A stretch of 63,727 nt of DNA, from assembly GCA_002104905.1 (NCBI GenBank), contig MCFE01000516.1, forward strand, positions 1 to 63,727, given 5' to 3'. The notes beneath the pieces are model-generated. The model did no database searches. It had not been told where the DNA came from and worked only from the letters and a program-made list of their open reading frames with translations. This DNA comes from Basidiobolus meristosporus CBS 931.73 (lineage: Eukaryota; Fungi; Basidiobolomycota). The stretch's first letter is position 1; each line of letters opens with the position of its first letter. Positions 20,102 through 32,329 of this stretch are shown here, one piece after another. The translations under genes were made by a program, and so were the position numbers.

Positions 20102-22808
20102 TCACAGCTTGAGACTGCCCAGAACCTTGGTACACACCTCACGATATTCCCAAGGGTGGCCGGTGAGACGTCGGAACTGAAGCCCATGAAGTCCTAGTAG
20201 CCATGGGATCTTCACGATTTGGATTTGGAAGCGGACTGCATTCTCGGGGTTCACGATCTCGTCGAATTCATCTTCGCTGTCGTTTCCGGTGCTGCTGGTA
20301 GGGCTGATTGGTATCTCCTCATTGGAGCTGCTCTCCGAGGTGCCCGGAACAAGAAGGGAGTTGTTGTGGTCGGAAGGCTTGGTTGTTGAACGGTCTGCTT
20401 TTACGCATTCAAAGTAGCCACGTCTCTCTCTCCACACAATTTCCAACTGGTCAAGGACCCGTATGATATCAGCTCGAATGGCCACCGGTTTCTTGGAACT
20501 GGTGGTCGATACGGAGAACAATCCTTTGAGGAACACCGGCTTAGTGTATGAATCCGCTTTACCGGAGTCCTTGCTAGATGAGGAGAGGCTCTTTTGAAGA
20601 GCTTGGGTGGGGGTTCTCGGTTCCGGGGAAGCCTCCTTCTTGAGTGGAGAAGGAGTGCTCGATAGGCGAACGAGAGGAGGTCTTGGCCTAAGTCGAGGGT
20701 TGACCGAGTCGAATTCGGCATCGTTTCTGATGCGGTTGGTTTCTCTCAAGCTTCCGCCACGTGCCACTGCATGGTTAAGCTTTTCCATTTGTTCATTCTT
20801 TTTTCTACGTTCGAGTTTGGCTCCATTTGGAAGATCGTCCGTGGCGTTGGTGCTATTCTTGGGAGTGAAGACCGATTTGCTGCGTCCGATGCCCGAACGT
20901 TGGCGCAGACTAGAGTCTGTCTCAGCCTTGGTCTCCTCATCGGAAGTAGCTTGCTTGGAGCGGCGGCTCTTTCCGGATCTTAACGCCTGGCTGAGTCTTC
21001 GGAAGACTCCCTTTTTCGTCTTCTCCGTCACCTTCTTGATGGAGTTACTCTTTTTCAATGAAAGATCATTCATCGCGTTACTGAGTGCCACATCTTCCGA
21101 GTCCGCGTCATTCCCAGCAATGTGTGCTCGAGCTGCGGCGCGTTCTGCCCGCTCGGTGTGGCTCAATCGATTGAGTTCTGCCTGTTTCTCCTGATCAGTT
21201 GTGGTAGGAGTCAGTGGGCGATCGAATTTGAGCGAGTCTGGTGTGCGACTTAGCGACTCGGTAGATGAGCTGGAGTTCGACTCCCTACCATCCCGCTCCA
21301 TCTTCTCCTTAACCAAGTAATAGATGGAAACCAAAGGGTTCAGGTATGTGTTGAGTCTATCTAGTTGTGCCGCCCTCTGGTAGGACTCGGATGAGATGAC
21401 ACTCTCCAACTGCTTGACTATCTCGGCACCATCTCCAAACTGAAATCCAGACATCTTTTTAATGATTTCGGGGTCGAGAGGAAGCTGGATCGGCACTCGA
21501 TGCGGGACATAATTCTCAGGAGGTCCGTTGTAACCCTTGACCATCCATGGGTGATGTAATACTTCCTGCAGAGTGGCACGATCAGAGGGGTTGGTGACAA
21601 GGATGCGCGACAGGAGATTCTTAGATTCTGATAGGAGTTCGGTTAGTTCAAGAGGGATAAGGACGACGGGTTGATTAAACCTACCATTGCTGAGCCATGG
21701 GGGGTACTCGACATGTCCTCGCTTGATCTTGGCGTGCAAGGCTGGCATGCTTTTGTCATCGAAGGGAACCTTGCCACATAGCAAGACGTACAGAACAATA
21801 CCGAAGCTCCATACATCGACTTCAGGCCCGATGTATGCTCGTGCATGGAGAAGCTCCGGGGCAGCGAAGTACAGGGAGCCACAGAAGGTGGACAGCTGAG
21901 ATTTGGTAGAATACACGTTCGATAAGCCAAAATCAATCAGCTTGATGCATCCGTCCGACGAAATTAAGATATTCTCAATTTTCAGGTCTGGAAAAATGCC
22001 AGATTTGGATTAGAGGCAGAATAATTGGAAGGATTTTCATGCGTCGAATCACAAACCTCTATGGACGATGGAATTACGATGGCAGTAATCTATCAATGAA
22101 GTCTATTAATAAATGGCAACTGCCAAATCGGTGAAGTCTAGATTGTGCACATACCTAAAGCAGAGCAAAGTTGGCGAGCGAATACCCTGGCATGCTTCTC
22201 ACGAAGTCTTCCATGACTAATGATGTAGTCCAGGAGCTGGCCGCCGCTAACGTATTCGAGAAATAGGTAGTAATGGTTCGTGTGTATCGACATGTCCTTC
22301 AGTTTGGCGATGTACGGATGATCGAGGAGTGACATGATTGAGGCTTCTCGGATGACTCTGGTCTCTTTGTTTTCATCGGTCGAGGTGCGATGGCGGTTTG
22401 GGTCCCGTGAAGTTCGCTTGTGGATGATCTTCACTGCTGCCTAAATGGAATTTTAGTCCCCAGTTCATTCCCACTAGATCCGAAATACGCCGTTACCTTT
22501 TCGCCCGTACTCTGGTGAATGCCCAGCTTCACCTTGCCCATGCTACCTGCACCCAGAGTTTTCGTAAGTTGATAATGGCCGACACGGCGTCTTGGCCTAG
22601 GTTGTCTCTCGCTGATAACTGGGAGCTCGGGCTCGGGTAATATATTCGATTCGACAAATGGTCGGTTTGGAAAGAACTTGGGTGCTCCATTGGGGAGACC
22701 CTTCGCGCTAGGGTTTTCAGTGATGATGGAGAGAGGTTTGTTCATGGGTTGGGTGATACCTTTACTGAGGAAAGCAGTGTCTTCGTTGATAATATGCTTG
22801 AAACCCAT
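20102..22808 (-). CDS. KIN1: Kin1/MARK-family Ser/Thr kinase with C-terminal KA1 domain (multi-exon)
   Basis: KTLGAGSMGKVKL, RVIREASIMSLLDHPYI, TFCGSLYFAAPELL, KPVFLKGLFSVSTTS, VRFQIQIVKIPWLLGLHGLQFRRL. Confidence 0.92.
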
Positions 22809-23353
22809 TAATCGGTTTCAACAGTTGCAAGGTGGCACTAGGGACCACAAACGGAAGAGGATTTGGGGGTGATAACTAGTCTAGTCTACACTGTAGAGGG
22901 ATTCAATCGCTCTACTTGAATATACGCACGATAGGGAAGGGGTGGTGAATCAGTAATGCTCCAGGGCTGCGAAGGTTGTGCGAAAATTTCGGAGCACTAA
23001 GCAGGGAAAAGGAAACTTGGGAGTCCCTTGTGGAATTATATAGCAGTCGTGATCAATACGGACCAGATCCAGGATTATCAGGATCTTAATATATGGCCGA
23101 TTCTAAGATTGGCTTGATTCCTTCGACTGTCCCAAGATAAACTTAAAGTAGTAATGGGTATTTTTATACATCGGGACATCCATTTAGCATACAACTCTCG
23201 TGATCCAATGGCAGCGGCGGTAACGAACTAGGGTGTCGTAGCAACAAACCAGCGCCCAGAATCCAAGGACAGGGTCTCTGATTGGCTCAAGAGTCAAGGG
23301 GAGAAACATGTGTTGTCGCCGAGTGTTTCGCATCCCTAGATTAAGGTTTGATT

Positions 23354-23361
23354 TGACGTCA
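23354..23361. promoter_or_regulatory. Palindromic CRE/ATF-type site (TGACGTCA) upstream of KIN1, with a CCAAT box at ~23281
   Basis: Motif match only; function unshown. Confidence 0.3.
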
Positions 23362-24026
23362 CCGCAACATAGAAATGCACACCGCTACTTGTGATCTTCG
23401 TAGGATTTTGGCAATGCAGGTGAGGGGGCCCGCTTAAGACTGATATTGTGGATTAGAGAGACCTGCCGGATGGGAGCAGAATCACTCTCGTAGCGATAAT
23501 GATACGATACACGATCATCCTATACGTCTAATTTCACCCATATGACTAAGGCTGGATTTTCCAATCCGCCAAATCAACATTGTTGACAAGTCCCATGTAA
23601 CGTAGCACCGCAGGATTCCCGATCGAGTCATGGTTCGACAGTAGCATTCAGCATCTATATGAGGACATGGTGATTACCAAGTTCGTTACCTTGGCATCCT
23701 GCTGCCAATCGTGACTGGCATCTCATCTATCTAAAATTAACCACAGTAGCAGGGTGTAAGGGTATTTAACTATTTTTATCACGCGTAAGGGTAGGTGTGG
23801 CTAGTTTCAAACGAATTTGGGTCAATTTGGCAAGAGATTCATGGTTCTGCGTGGGCGGATTTCTGAGCCGCCTAAAAAATATAGATACAGATACATATTT
23901 GGTATACGGGTTGGTGGGGGGGGGGCAGGCGTTGTTGCTCACGAGCATCCACCATGGCTCGCCAGACCCTCGGAAAAATGGGCTTATTCCTTTTATTGTC
24001 AATCCTGATCTTCTTTCCATAGTGGA

Positions 24027-24794
24027 CTACTCAGTGCCAGAGAGTACATGGGAATGCTTACTCTTAACATGGTTCGTCAGGGTATCTGAGCGGTAAAACC
24101 CCTGCGCACAATGGGTGCATGGATACGGGTTTTCCCCGGTGTGTCTGCGGATGTGCCGTTCCATATCATGCTTGAATTTGAATGTGCTCGAGCACAGAAT
24201 ACAAAGAAATTCTCGGAGTTGGGAGTGGGTCTTGCTGTGACTCGCTAAGGCGGAGGGCCTATCGAATGCTTTTCCGCATTCAATACATACCATTCCTTTA
24301 TCTCTCCATCGTTTCTCTCTTTTGATCGCCCTTCTGCCTGGCCCCTCGCTTGTATCTCTCTGCACATATTTAATATACTTTTGGTGGACCATCTGTACGG
24401 GTGGTATGTGGGGATTGGGTAAAGGTTGAGAGTAATGCTCGGAAAGTATCATTCGATAGATAGCAAGTAGCCTAGGGGATCGAATGCCGTATACCAGCAA
24501 ATCCTCCAGGAGCGAGATACTAAGGGTAACATCCTTGTCGTAGAGTTTGCTGATTACCATTAAAAGTGTTGCCTCTACCTGGACCTCATGGATAGCCTCC
24601 CCGTTTACAACAGGAGCCACCGTAGTTTTCTGAGCAGTGGGATACTCCGTAGCCGAATCGTGTGGAGTCCAGATATCAGGACAATTCAAAATAAGCGAGT
24701 TAGAAGTTAAAGAACAATTCCTCATTTGCTGATAGTATGTTTCCCGATGGTGAGATAGTATACCGTTGGGTAGTGGCATGCCCATAGCGCCCAT
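24027..24794 (-). CDS. C2H2 zinc-finger transcription factor (three fingers); 5' end uncertain
   Basis: CIECGKAFDRPSALASHSKTH, CILCSSTFKFKHDMERHIRRHTGENPY, CTHCAQGFYRSDTLTNHVKSKH. Confidence 0.8.
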   Translation of the reverse strand: MGAMGMPLPNGILSHHRETYYQQMRNCSLTSNSLILNCPDIWTPHDSATEYPTAQKTTVAPVVNGEAIHEVQVEATLLMVISKLYDKDVTLSISLLEDLLVYGIRSPRLLAIYRMILSEHYSQPLPNPHIPPVQMVHQKYIKYVQRDTSEGPGRRAIKREKRWRDKGMVCIECGKAFDRPSALASHSKTHSQLREFLCILCSSTFKFKHDMERHIRRHTGENPYPCTHCAQGFYRSDTLTNHVKSKHSHVLSGTE

Positions 24795-27044
24795 GACGCC
24801 CAAAACCGCCCAGGTATTTATAGTCGATGATTTCCAACTGCTCGTACACCAGGTCTATACGGTGGCTAAGTAAAGACTCGTATTCTTTGTAGACTGTGTC
24901 AGAAACGAAGACCAATGGAGAGAATGCGGTTATCACTAGTCTTGAGGTGGCACTACTCTCTACTCTATACGTCATTCTTGATCCATCCAGTAGAGCTGAT
25001 CCGTAGTCGACTAGCATCGACACGCCGTGTAATGATGAAGAAAAACGCACACTATGACTAGTGTATCCAAGACGACATCCATGTAGCATTGATGTATTAA
25101 CACAATCATCCAAACTAGTCATCCCGCCATGGTAGCTTGGCTGTTCACGGACTTAAACATCGTGGTGGCAGAGGGTGATTAAAGCTACCATTAGCAGGAT
25201 TGCCTTCCAATATGGTTCTACATGGAACAATGGGTCTAGTTGAATCACTAAAAGATGCAGCATTTCCAGTAACAACAATTGTCTAGTCGTTTCCCTCGGC
25301 CCAATAACCTACTTTTGGCCAGACATTCTCCGTAGTAGTGTGGCTTCATTGGATTTTCGTTGGCATCAATGGATCCTAGGTTGTATCTATTTAATTCACG
25401 AGCCTGGTGTAGTCTGTCACCTACATCTTTGTTTCTATCATATTTCAACTTCACACACCCCATATCTCCGCTACTCTATAAATCTAGGATAAGGGCTTCA
25501 TGATAATACATCCAACTTCGCAAGACCATTTGCACCTCGAGTTTGTGGCTTTCGTCGAAATGTCGAGACAATGTTCTCTATACCCAACCTGATAGAGTAA
25601 GCTCCTAACTTTGAGGAGGGGAGCTCTGTAAATATTGACCATCAGGTAGAGTTAAACTTGTGACCCCACAATTGATAAGTTGACTGAAACGGGTGGCCCA
25701 GAGCTGCTTGTATACATTATGGAGATGACTCTTTAGTGTGTCTACTGCCATATTCCTCTCAAGTAGGCGATTACGGACAGGTGCGCGATCAAAGTACTCG
25801 AAATGCATTCGTTAGATATTGTTCGAGCCTTCAGCTGTGCTCCATCAATCGTAAATGAAAGGTGCGAAGTGTAAATGAAATCTTGTACTGAACTTAACCT
25901 CTGGACAGTATCTGCACCAGCTGAACATCGATATTGCAGAGTGAATAGGGTAATGGTCCATATCAGGAGAATTCTACGAAATAGAAGCTTGATTTGTATC
26001 CCATGTACGCAATAGAAAATAGTTCAACAATGCCAATAATCGGAACCTGAACGTCAAACAGCAGTCTGATTTCGACACACCATGGAGAAGGTACTACCAA
26101 ACATCAAGCTTAGATGTGCAACACAATCCAGAACCTTAATCGTGGTTTGGTCAACAGTGCAGATTCTTGATTTGTAGATATGAAATCAATGCGTATCTTT
26201 GTTTACACTTGGTGAACCACACAACATTCACATACCCCTGAATCCGTTTATGTTACCAATCAGATATGGAAATGCTGACTAAATGGAGATTCGAAATTAC
26301 GTGTATTCTGACAAAAATTCAGTTACCAAAACACGCGCATTGCTCCGGAAATTCCAAAAACTTTAATACAGCTTAGATCAGTTGTTATGGTAATGCGGTT
26401 GAATACTATACTCAATAAGACCCTTGTCACACCTTCGAATTTCCACGGACCAAGCTGTGGTGATCAGGTGGCTTGCGTGAATGCTGCTCGGCTCCAACTA
26501 ACCAGTTTTCGATTCAAATAGCCGACTTTGGGCCCGTATCAGTGAGGCTTCATTGGATACTAACTTCCATCCTGGTCTCTTAATTCAATCTATGTTTTCG
26601 TTACGTCCCACTTCATGCACGATTCACATGAAAGGGTGAAGGCTTCATATCTGTATCTTGAGCTGGATATCTCCACATTACTTTGTACACCCACCCTAGT
26701 GGAGTAAAGAAACGAGTCTTTTGACAGAGTGGATCAGCTGACCGGGTAGAGTACTGTATAATGCGCTTTGGCGATTGTTTCCTTAATCGAATCTAAACTC
26801 TGGAGAACATACGATTTATATAAAAAAGGAAACGTCAAACAGGAATCAAGGCATTTAGAACACACAATTCGCAACCATTTTTGTGGTTTTGTCAACAGTG
26901 CAGACGTCTGGAGTGATACCAAATACAATTGATATCATCGTAGCGTTTACATCCGTCTCTGAAGCGGAATGTAGACTTGTTAAACGAGGGACAAATATTG
27001 ATGGATACCAAGTGGCTTCAAGTATCTCGAAAAAGTTTTCTTCA

Positions 27045-27976
27045 TTAAACAATCTGCTGTGTCGATAGAGGTGTGAGGGTATTACGCAGTGTAAGTCGCT
27101 CACCAAGAATTGCGTATGATGCAATCATTAGAAGGGTATTGTGAGCAACTGGATCGCCTGTCTCGAAACATTTGGCCGTAACATTGGCCACAGCCTCCTA
27201 TTTCATCCAGCCCAATATTTTACATGACTCCTTGGTGATTTTTTGGCGAAACAGACCATTAATTGGGGAATAGATGTTTCTGGCAGCCGGAGCAAAGAAA
27301 GGATTCTTGGTTGGGAGGTAGAGTTCCTCGGGGATGTATGGTTCGACGGCTTCCCTAAGAATTCACTTTTCTACCAGGCTGCCTGTTTCATTGGGACGGA
27401 GCTTGACTGAGCTTTGGTGATCTGAAAGTTAGTATTAGTGCTGTGAGGCTCTATGGTGGAAGAACTCCACTTACGATGGAAGACCGTTCACATATTCAGT
27501 CAAGAAATGGTCAAGGAACGGAGTCCGAGCCTCAATTGAGCGTGCCATCTCACTACGATCACCCAAGAAGTTACAAAGACCATCGTGCAAAATCGGCATG
27601 TTCTCAGAATACTAATGGCCTAGTTAGAATGTGGCCCAATATACCAAATCCTTTTGAACACTCTACCAGAGCTGCATGTAGTGGGGGCCATTTGCACCAC
27701 TTAAAAAACCAGATGCGAGGGATAGTGGTAGGTCAGGGACCTCAGTGCGCTTTAAAAAGGAGTCTGGCCTTAGTGGACATGGGTTGTTGATCACCTTCCA
27801 AGTTGATGATTGATAAATCTTCTACTTGGCATATACTACGGTGGGCTTGTCTTCCCAAAGGCATCAATTTCATCAAAATAGATCCGGAAGATGTCACTTG
27901 TGATTCATCACCAAACGTTGGATGGGCTAGTTTGTAATCTCGCTGGCTTAGTAAAACTTTTCGAATCACAGCACAT
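27045..27976 (-). pseudogene. AsnB-like amidotransferase pseudogene, copy A (internal deletion, nonsense codons)
   Basis: Exon-2 remnant LSIINLEGDQQP abuts exon-6 sequence (KRTEVPDL..LASG); TGG>TGA at 27363 and TGG>TAG at 27198; last-exon homology ends near 27045. Confidence 0.85.
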
Positions 27977-28527
27977 TGCTCCCAATCATGTTAGAATGGG
28001 ATATAAAAAACCCACTTTACTGAGCTCATTAACATGGATTTGTAATGAAGGGATAACGGTGGCTGGTTAGAAGAAGGATTGGGATGGAATGATGGAAACC
28101 ACAATGTAGTATTCACCAGGAAAGGTCGGTATAATAAACTGTGAGCTCTAGGCCAGAGGTAAGCAAATCCAGAGTAAGTTAAGGTGCTATAGAACTGTCA
28201 GTGCCATGTTTTGAGTAAATACAACTATATGGTATTGTAAATAATTATGTTGCAGACTTGATCCAGGTTAGATATATATCCACATACATGATTCCAGCAG
28301 TGGGAATTACCAATATATATGTTCTATGTGTAGTCACTAGTAAGAGCCTAGGTGTGATTGTCGATTCTGTTACGTTCTCCTTCATTCACTACATATTTAG
28401 TATTGACTTCACAATGCTATCTACCGCTTCTTGCAAACCAAGATCTAAGAGTTTTTGTAACAATTGGAATAATTTTAATGATGAATACTATGCACCGCAG
28501 GATGCACTCCATAACATAAAAACCGTA

Positions 28528-30971
28528 CTACAAAGCTGTATTACAGAAAGTGGTGTAAGTAGGTACCTGGAACTTCTCACCAAGAATCACATATGAAGTA
28601 AGCACCAGAAGGGAGTTGTGGATGACTTGATCACCAGTCTCGAAGTACTGAGACATAATGTCTGCCACACCCTCCCACTTTAACCAGCCTAATGCCTCAC
28701 ATGACTCCTTGGTTAATTTCTGGCGGAAGAGTTCGCTCACTGGCGAATAGTTGTTTCTCGCAGCTGGCGCGAAGAAAGGATGCTTGGTTCGGAGGTAGAG
28801 CTCCTCGGTGATGTATGGCTTGACAGCCTCGCGAAGAATCCACTTTTCTACCAGCTCACCTGTCTTGCTAAGTCGAAACTTGAACTGAGACTGTTGTGAT
28901 TCAGTGGGTTAGTGCTGATGTTGAGAGGCATGATGAGTGGAGTAGTCACACTTACGGTGGAAGACCGTTCACATATTCAGTTAAGAAGTGATCAAGGAAT
29001 GGTGTTCTAGCTTCAATGGAGTGAGCCATCTCGCCACGGTCACCCAGAAAGTTGCAAAGGCCATTGGGCAAAATCGTCTTGTTCTCACAATACTAGTGAC
29101 TTGGTCAGAATACAGACTGGGATACAAAATCATCTTGAGCAACCTACCAGAGCTGAATGTAATGGATGCCAGTTGTGGGCGATTTTCCGTCTTGCTTCAC
29201 CGCTTAAACCGGAAGCAATGGCTAATGAAGGATCAGGAACCCCAGTCCTTTGTAGGGCGGAGTCGGTGTATACCTCCTTGTTCACATATAGGAACTTGCC
29301 TATCAGCTGAGGAGTAACTATCCCATTGAGCATACGTTTGGGTATTGGACTGTCATCTATTTCAACTTTGCCTGCCAATGATCCATAAGCCTTCAACTGC
29401 GCATTTGACTCGTGATAATTTAGAAGATCTGCTCTGTCTTTTTCGGACAAAGTCGGGAATGAGGCAGCAAGATCCGGTTCCAGCAAATAATCTGGTTCAA
29501 AGAATTTGTAACCCGCAAAATGCTCGTCGGATCCTTCTCCGGTGAGCACCACCTAGCCAACATCATATCAGTATCGTAACGGCTACCAAATAATCAACCG
29601 ATGCTGATACCTTGTAACCCGCATCCCGCACAAACTTCGAGAGTAGGAACTTGCTTACACCATTCAGATTAGCAACTGGCATCTCAAAGTGCCAGATAGC
29701 ATCCGAGAAGGCCTCCGCAACCAATTCGTCCGTGATCTCAAGTTTATCAAAGATTGCGTCACAGAATTCGGCTGTTCTTTCGGCGACTGGTCCTTCGTCC
29801 AAATGATTGCCCTCTGGAAATATCCATTCCGTCAGTATTACTGTCTTGACCCCTCTCTTAGCGGCGTGCAGGACTACTTACCTGGGAATGAGATGGTGAA
29901 TGCACGAATCTGAGCACTTGGATCCTTTTCCCGAAGGATCTTGGTGGCAATACCAGCGATGCAAGAACTATCGACCCCTCCACTCAGGTAGATACCAACT
30001 GGTACATCAGATCTCAATCGCTGTCTGACCGCCTCCACCAGGCGAGATCTAACCCCTTCAATCATTTCTTCAATGGATCTTGGGTCTTTCACACGCTTGT
30101 CAGGATAGTCGGCATCCCAGTATCTTTCTACGCGGAAAGTTCCAGACAGAGTAGTTGTAATATAATGACCTGGGGGGATCTTCGATTCACACAGGAATTT
30201 GAGGGATTTACAAGCAAATATCAGTCAATGTTGGAGAAATTACCTTGGATATACCGGCAAATGGTGTTCTCATATCTGTTATTGGCCCGCCTTGGACAAT
30301 GGAATCAATATCCCAGGCCATCTTCAGGCCGAGCGGGGGGAAGGCTTTGATCTCACTCGCAATGTAAAGTCGGCCATCTTTGTTCGCGTAGTACAGTGGC
30401 TTGATACCAAATCGATCTCTTGCGGCCAGGAAAATGCTCCGCTTTGTATCCCATAAACACAAAGCAAACTCCCCACGAAGGTGCTCCAAGAATGAGTATC
30501 CATACTCTTCATATCTGTAAGTAATGGAGTGAGCCCTCTTAGTGACAAGTGGTATGGTAATAATGTGCGGAAGTAACATACAAATGTAAAGCGATCTCGC
30601 TATCACTGGAGGTTTTGAATGTGTGACCAGCAGCAATCAGCTCCTCTCTGATCCGCTCGAAGTCGTAGAACTCTCCATTGACAATGATGTGAATGGTGTT
30701 GGTCTTATTGGAGATGGGCTGTTGGCCACCATCCAAGTCGATGATTGACAAACGGGTGTGGCCCAAGCCTTCAGGTGAAAGTATGAGTGAGCACAGTCGA
30801 TTGAGATGGAAGAATTATACACCTACCAACGCGGTTTGATGGATCAATGTATCTTCCGTTGGAGTCAGGTCCCCTGTGTAGGATGGAATGAAGTGAGGCA
30901 TCCAACTGAGCCTCAGTGATAGGCACCAATTGGCAGCTGTCGCAGTCAACATAAGCTACAATTCCGCACAT
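28528..30971 (-). CDS. AsnB-like glutamine amidotransferase, copy B (8 exons, ~670 aa estimated)
   Basis: [86 protein letters not shown]; seven GT-AG introns restore the frame. Confidence 0.9.
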
Positions 30972-31190
30972 TCTTAGAGATTCAAGAGAAGTGAATATAC
31001 AGCCAAGAGGTCTGGTCTCATTTATAGAGCCCGATCTCATCTGGATTCTAGTGAGGTTATCCTGATTCTTCTAACCGGCTAAATGATTGCCTTTCCGGCC
31101 TCGCATTCTGCTGTCGAAGCAAGAATATAGGGAAAATTTACTATCTCTTTCCCCGAATCCCGGTATTCGCAACGATCTTACCACACATGC

Positions 31191-31210
31191 CGGAGAAATT
31201 GGAAAAGCCG
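31191..31210. promoter_or_regulatory. CGG-N14-CCG inverted motif upstream of copy B
   Basis: CGGAGAAATTGGAAAAGCCG, ~220 bp upstream of the ATG; same spacing in three other copies. Confidence 0.5.
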
Positions 31211-32329
31211 ATTCTGGGGAAACAAGTAACTATTAATACTTCTAGTGTTGGAAGGTCCGATCTGGCATCCCATCACAATGATCAAGATGGCTCATTTAGT
31301 ATACTTGGTAGACTGTGAATGTGTCACCAGCCATGCCCTTGAATCCATTATTATGTACGACCTTCGTAGTCCTCATTTTTCCGCCTCAGTTCCAAATAAT
31401 CCATACCTCGTACCTATAAACCAAACGCAAATCCCATTATCTCAACTACATCATCTTACAATGGAAGAGTATGTAAGTGTCTTTAAATTCGATAGCATCC
31501 TTTGCCGTTGAAATGATCATTTCTCGTCCTCCTTACAGCAACGTGCCAAATCCTTATAGTCCAGAATTACGGGTCTTCAAGATTTCCTGTTCTCATTAGC
31601 CAATCACTCACATAGGTGTTTCCCTATCCATAAAAAATTCCCAGTGACGAGGGAGGTGGCTTTAGGATATAATATGGTGTGGGTTACGCCTCGCGCCACC
31701 TGCTTTCGACCTGCATATTTAGGATAAACCTGCGATACGTACACCCTTGGGAAACTTACTCTGACACTCCAGAGCCAATATGGCAATTTAGGATGACGAT
31801 CAATAACGGGGCCTAAATTAGGAAATTCCAGTGGTGGTTGGTGTTACAGGCAGCGAATGGAATGATGGTGAGGCAAGAATGAGAGATGAGATGTGGGGAA
31901 GACAATGCCGAAGTGGGTTATGTTACCAGGTAGAGATCTTCGGTAATGTATGATTTGACAACCCTCCAAAGAGTACCTTTTCTACAAGCTTTAGACTGGG
32001 TGATAGCCCATATACCTCGGTTTGTATACCATCCCAGCACGTCGACTGTTGGATAGTGAGCAGCCCGAGGAGTCAGACTAGGTACTTCTCTCGATAAAGA
32101 GTTCCCGAGGGTAACGTCCTCATGCTAGATTTGCCATTCTCGTTTTCGGTGTCACCCTCTACATGATTTTCGTAGTCAGTTGCTCTCTACATGGAGGTTC
32201 GATATGGGTGGTCATTCTGCCAAATCTATCCACTTTAGGATACCAACTCGCTTATCCAAAATTTTAATACGGCTTGGACCAGTTGTGATAAGAATGATGT
32301 GGGAATATTTCGTGAGAGTGCCTGTAATT

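Noticed and set aside
17719-21194. Long antisense ORFs (17719-18321, 18413-18832, 20607-21194; likewise 13353-13643, 37009-37311, 40784-41236, 46106-46558)
   Set aside because: Shadow frames opposite well-supported genes, with no independent motifs
24700-25122. Upstream ORF as exon 1 of the C2H2 gene
   Set aside because: I could not find splice sites that join the frames consistently, and there is no recognisable domain
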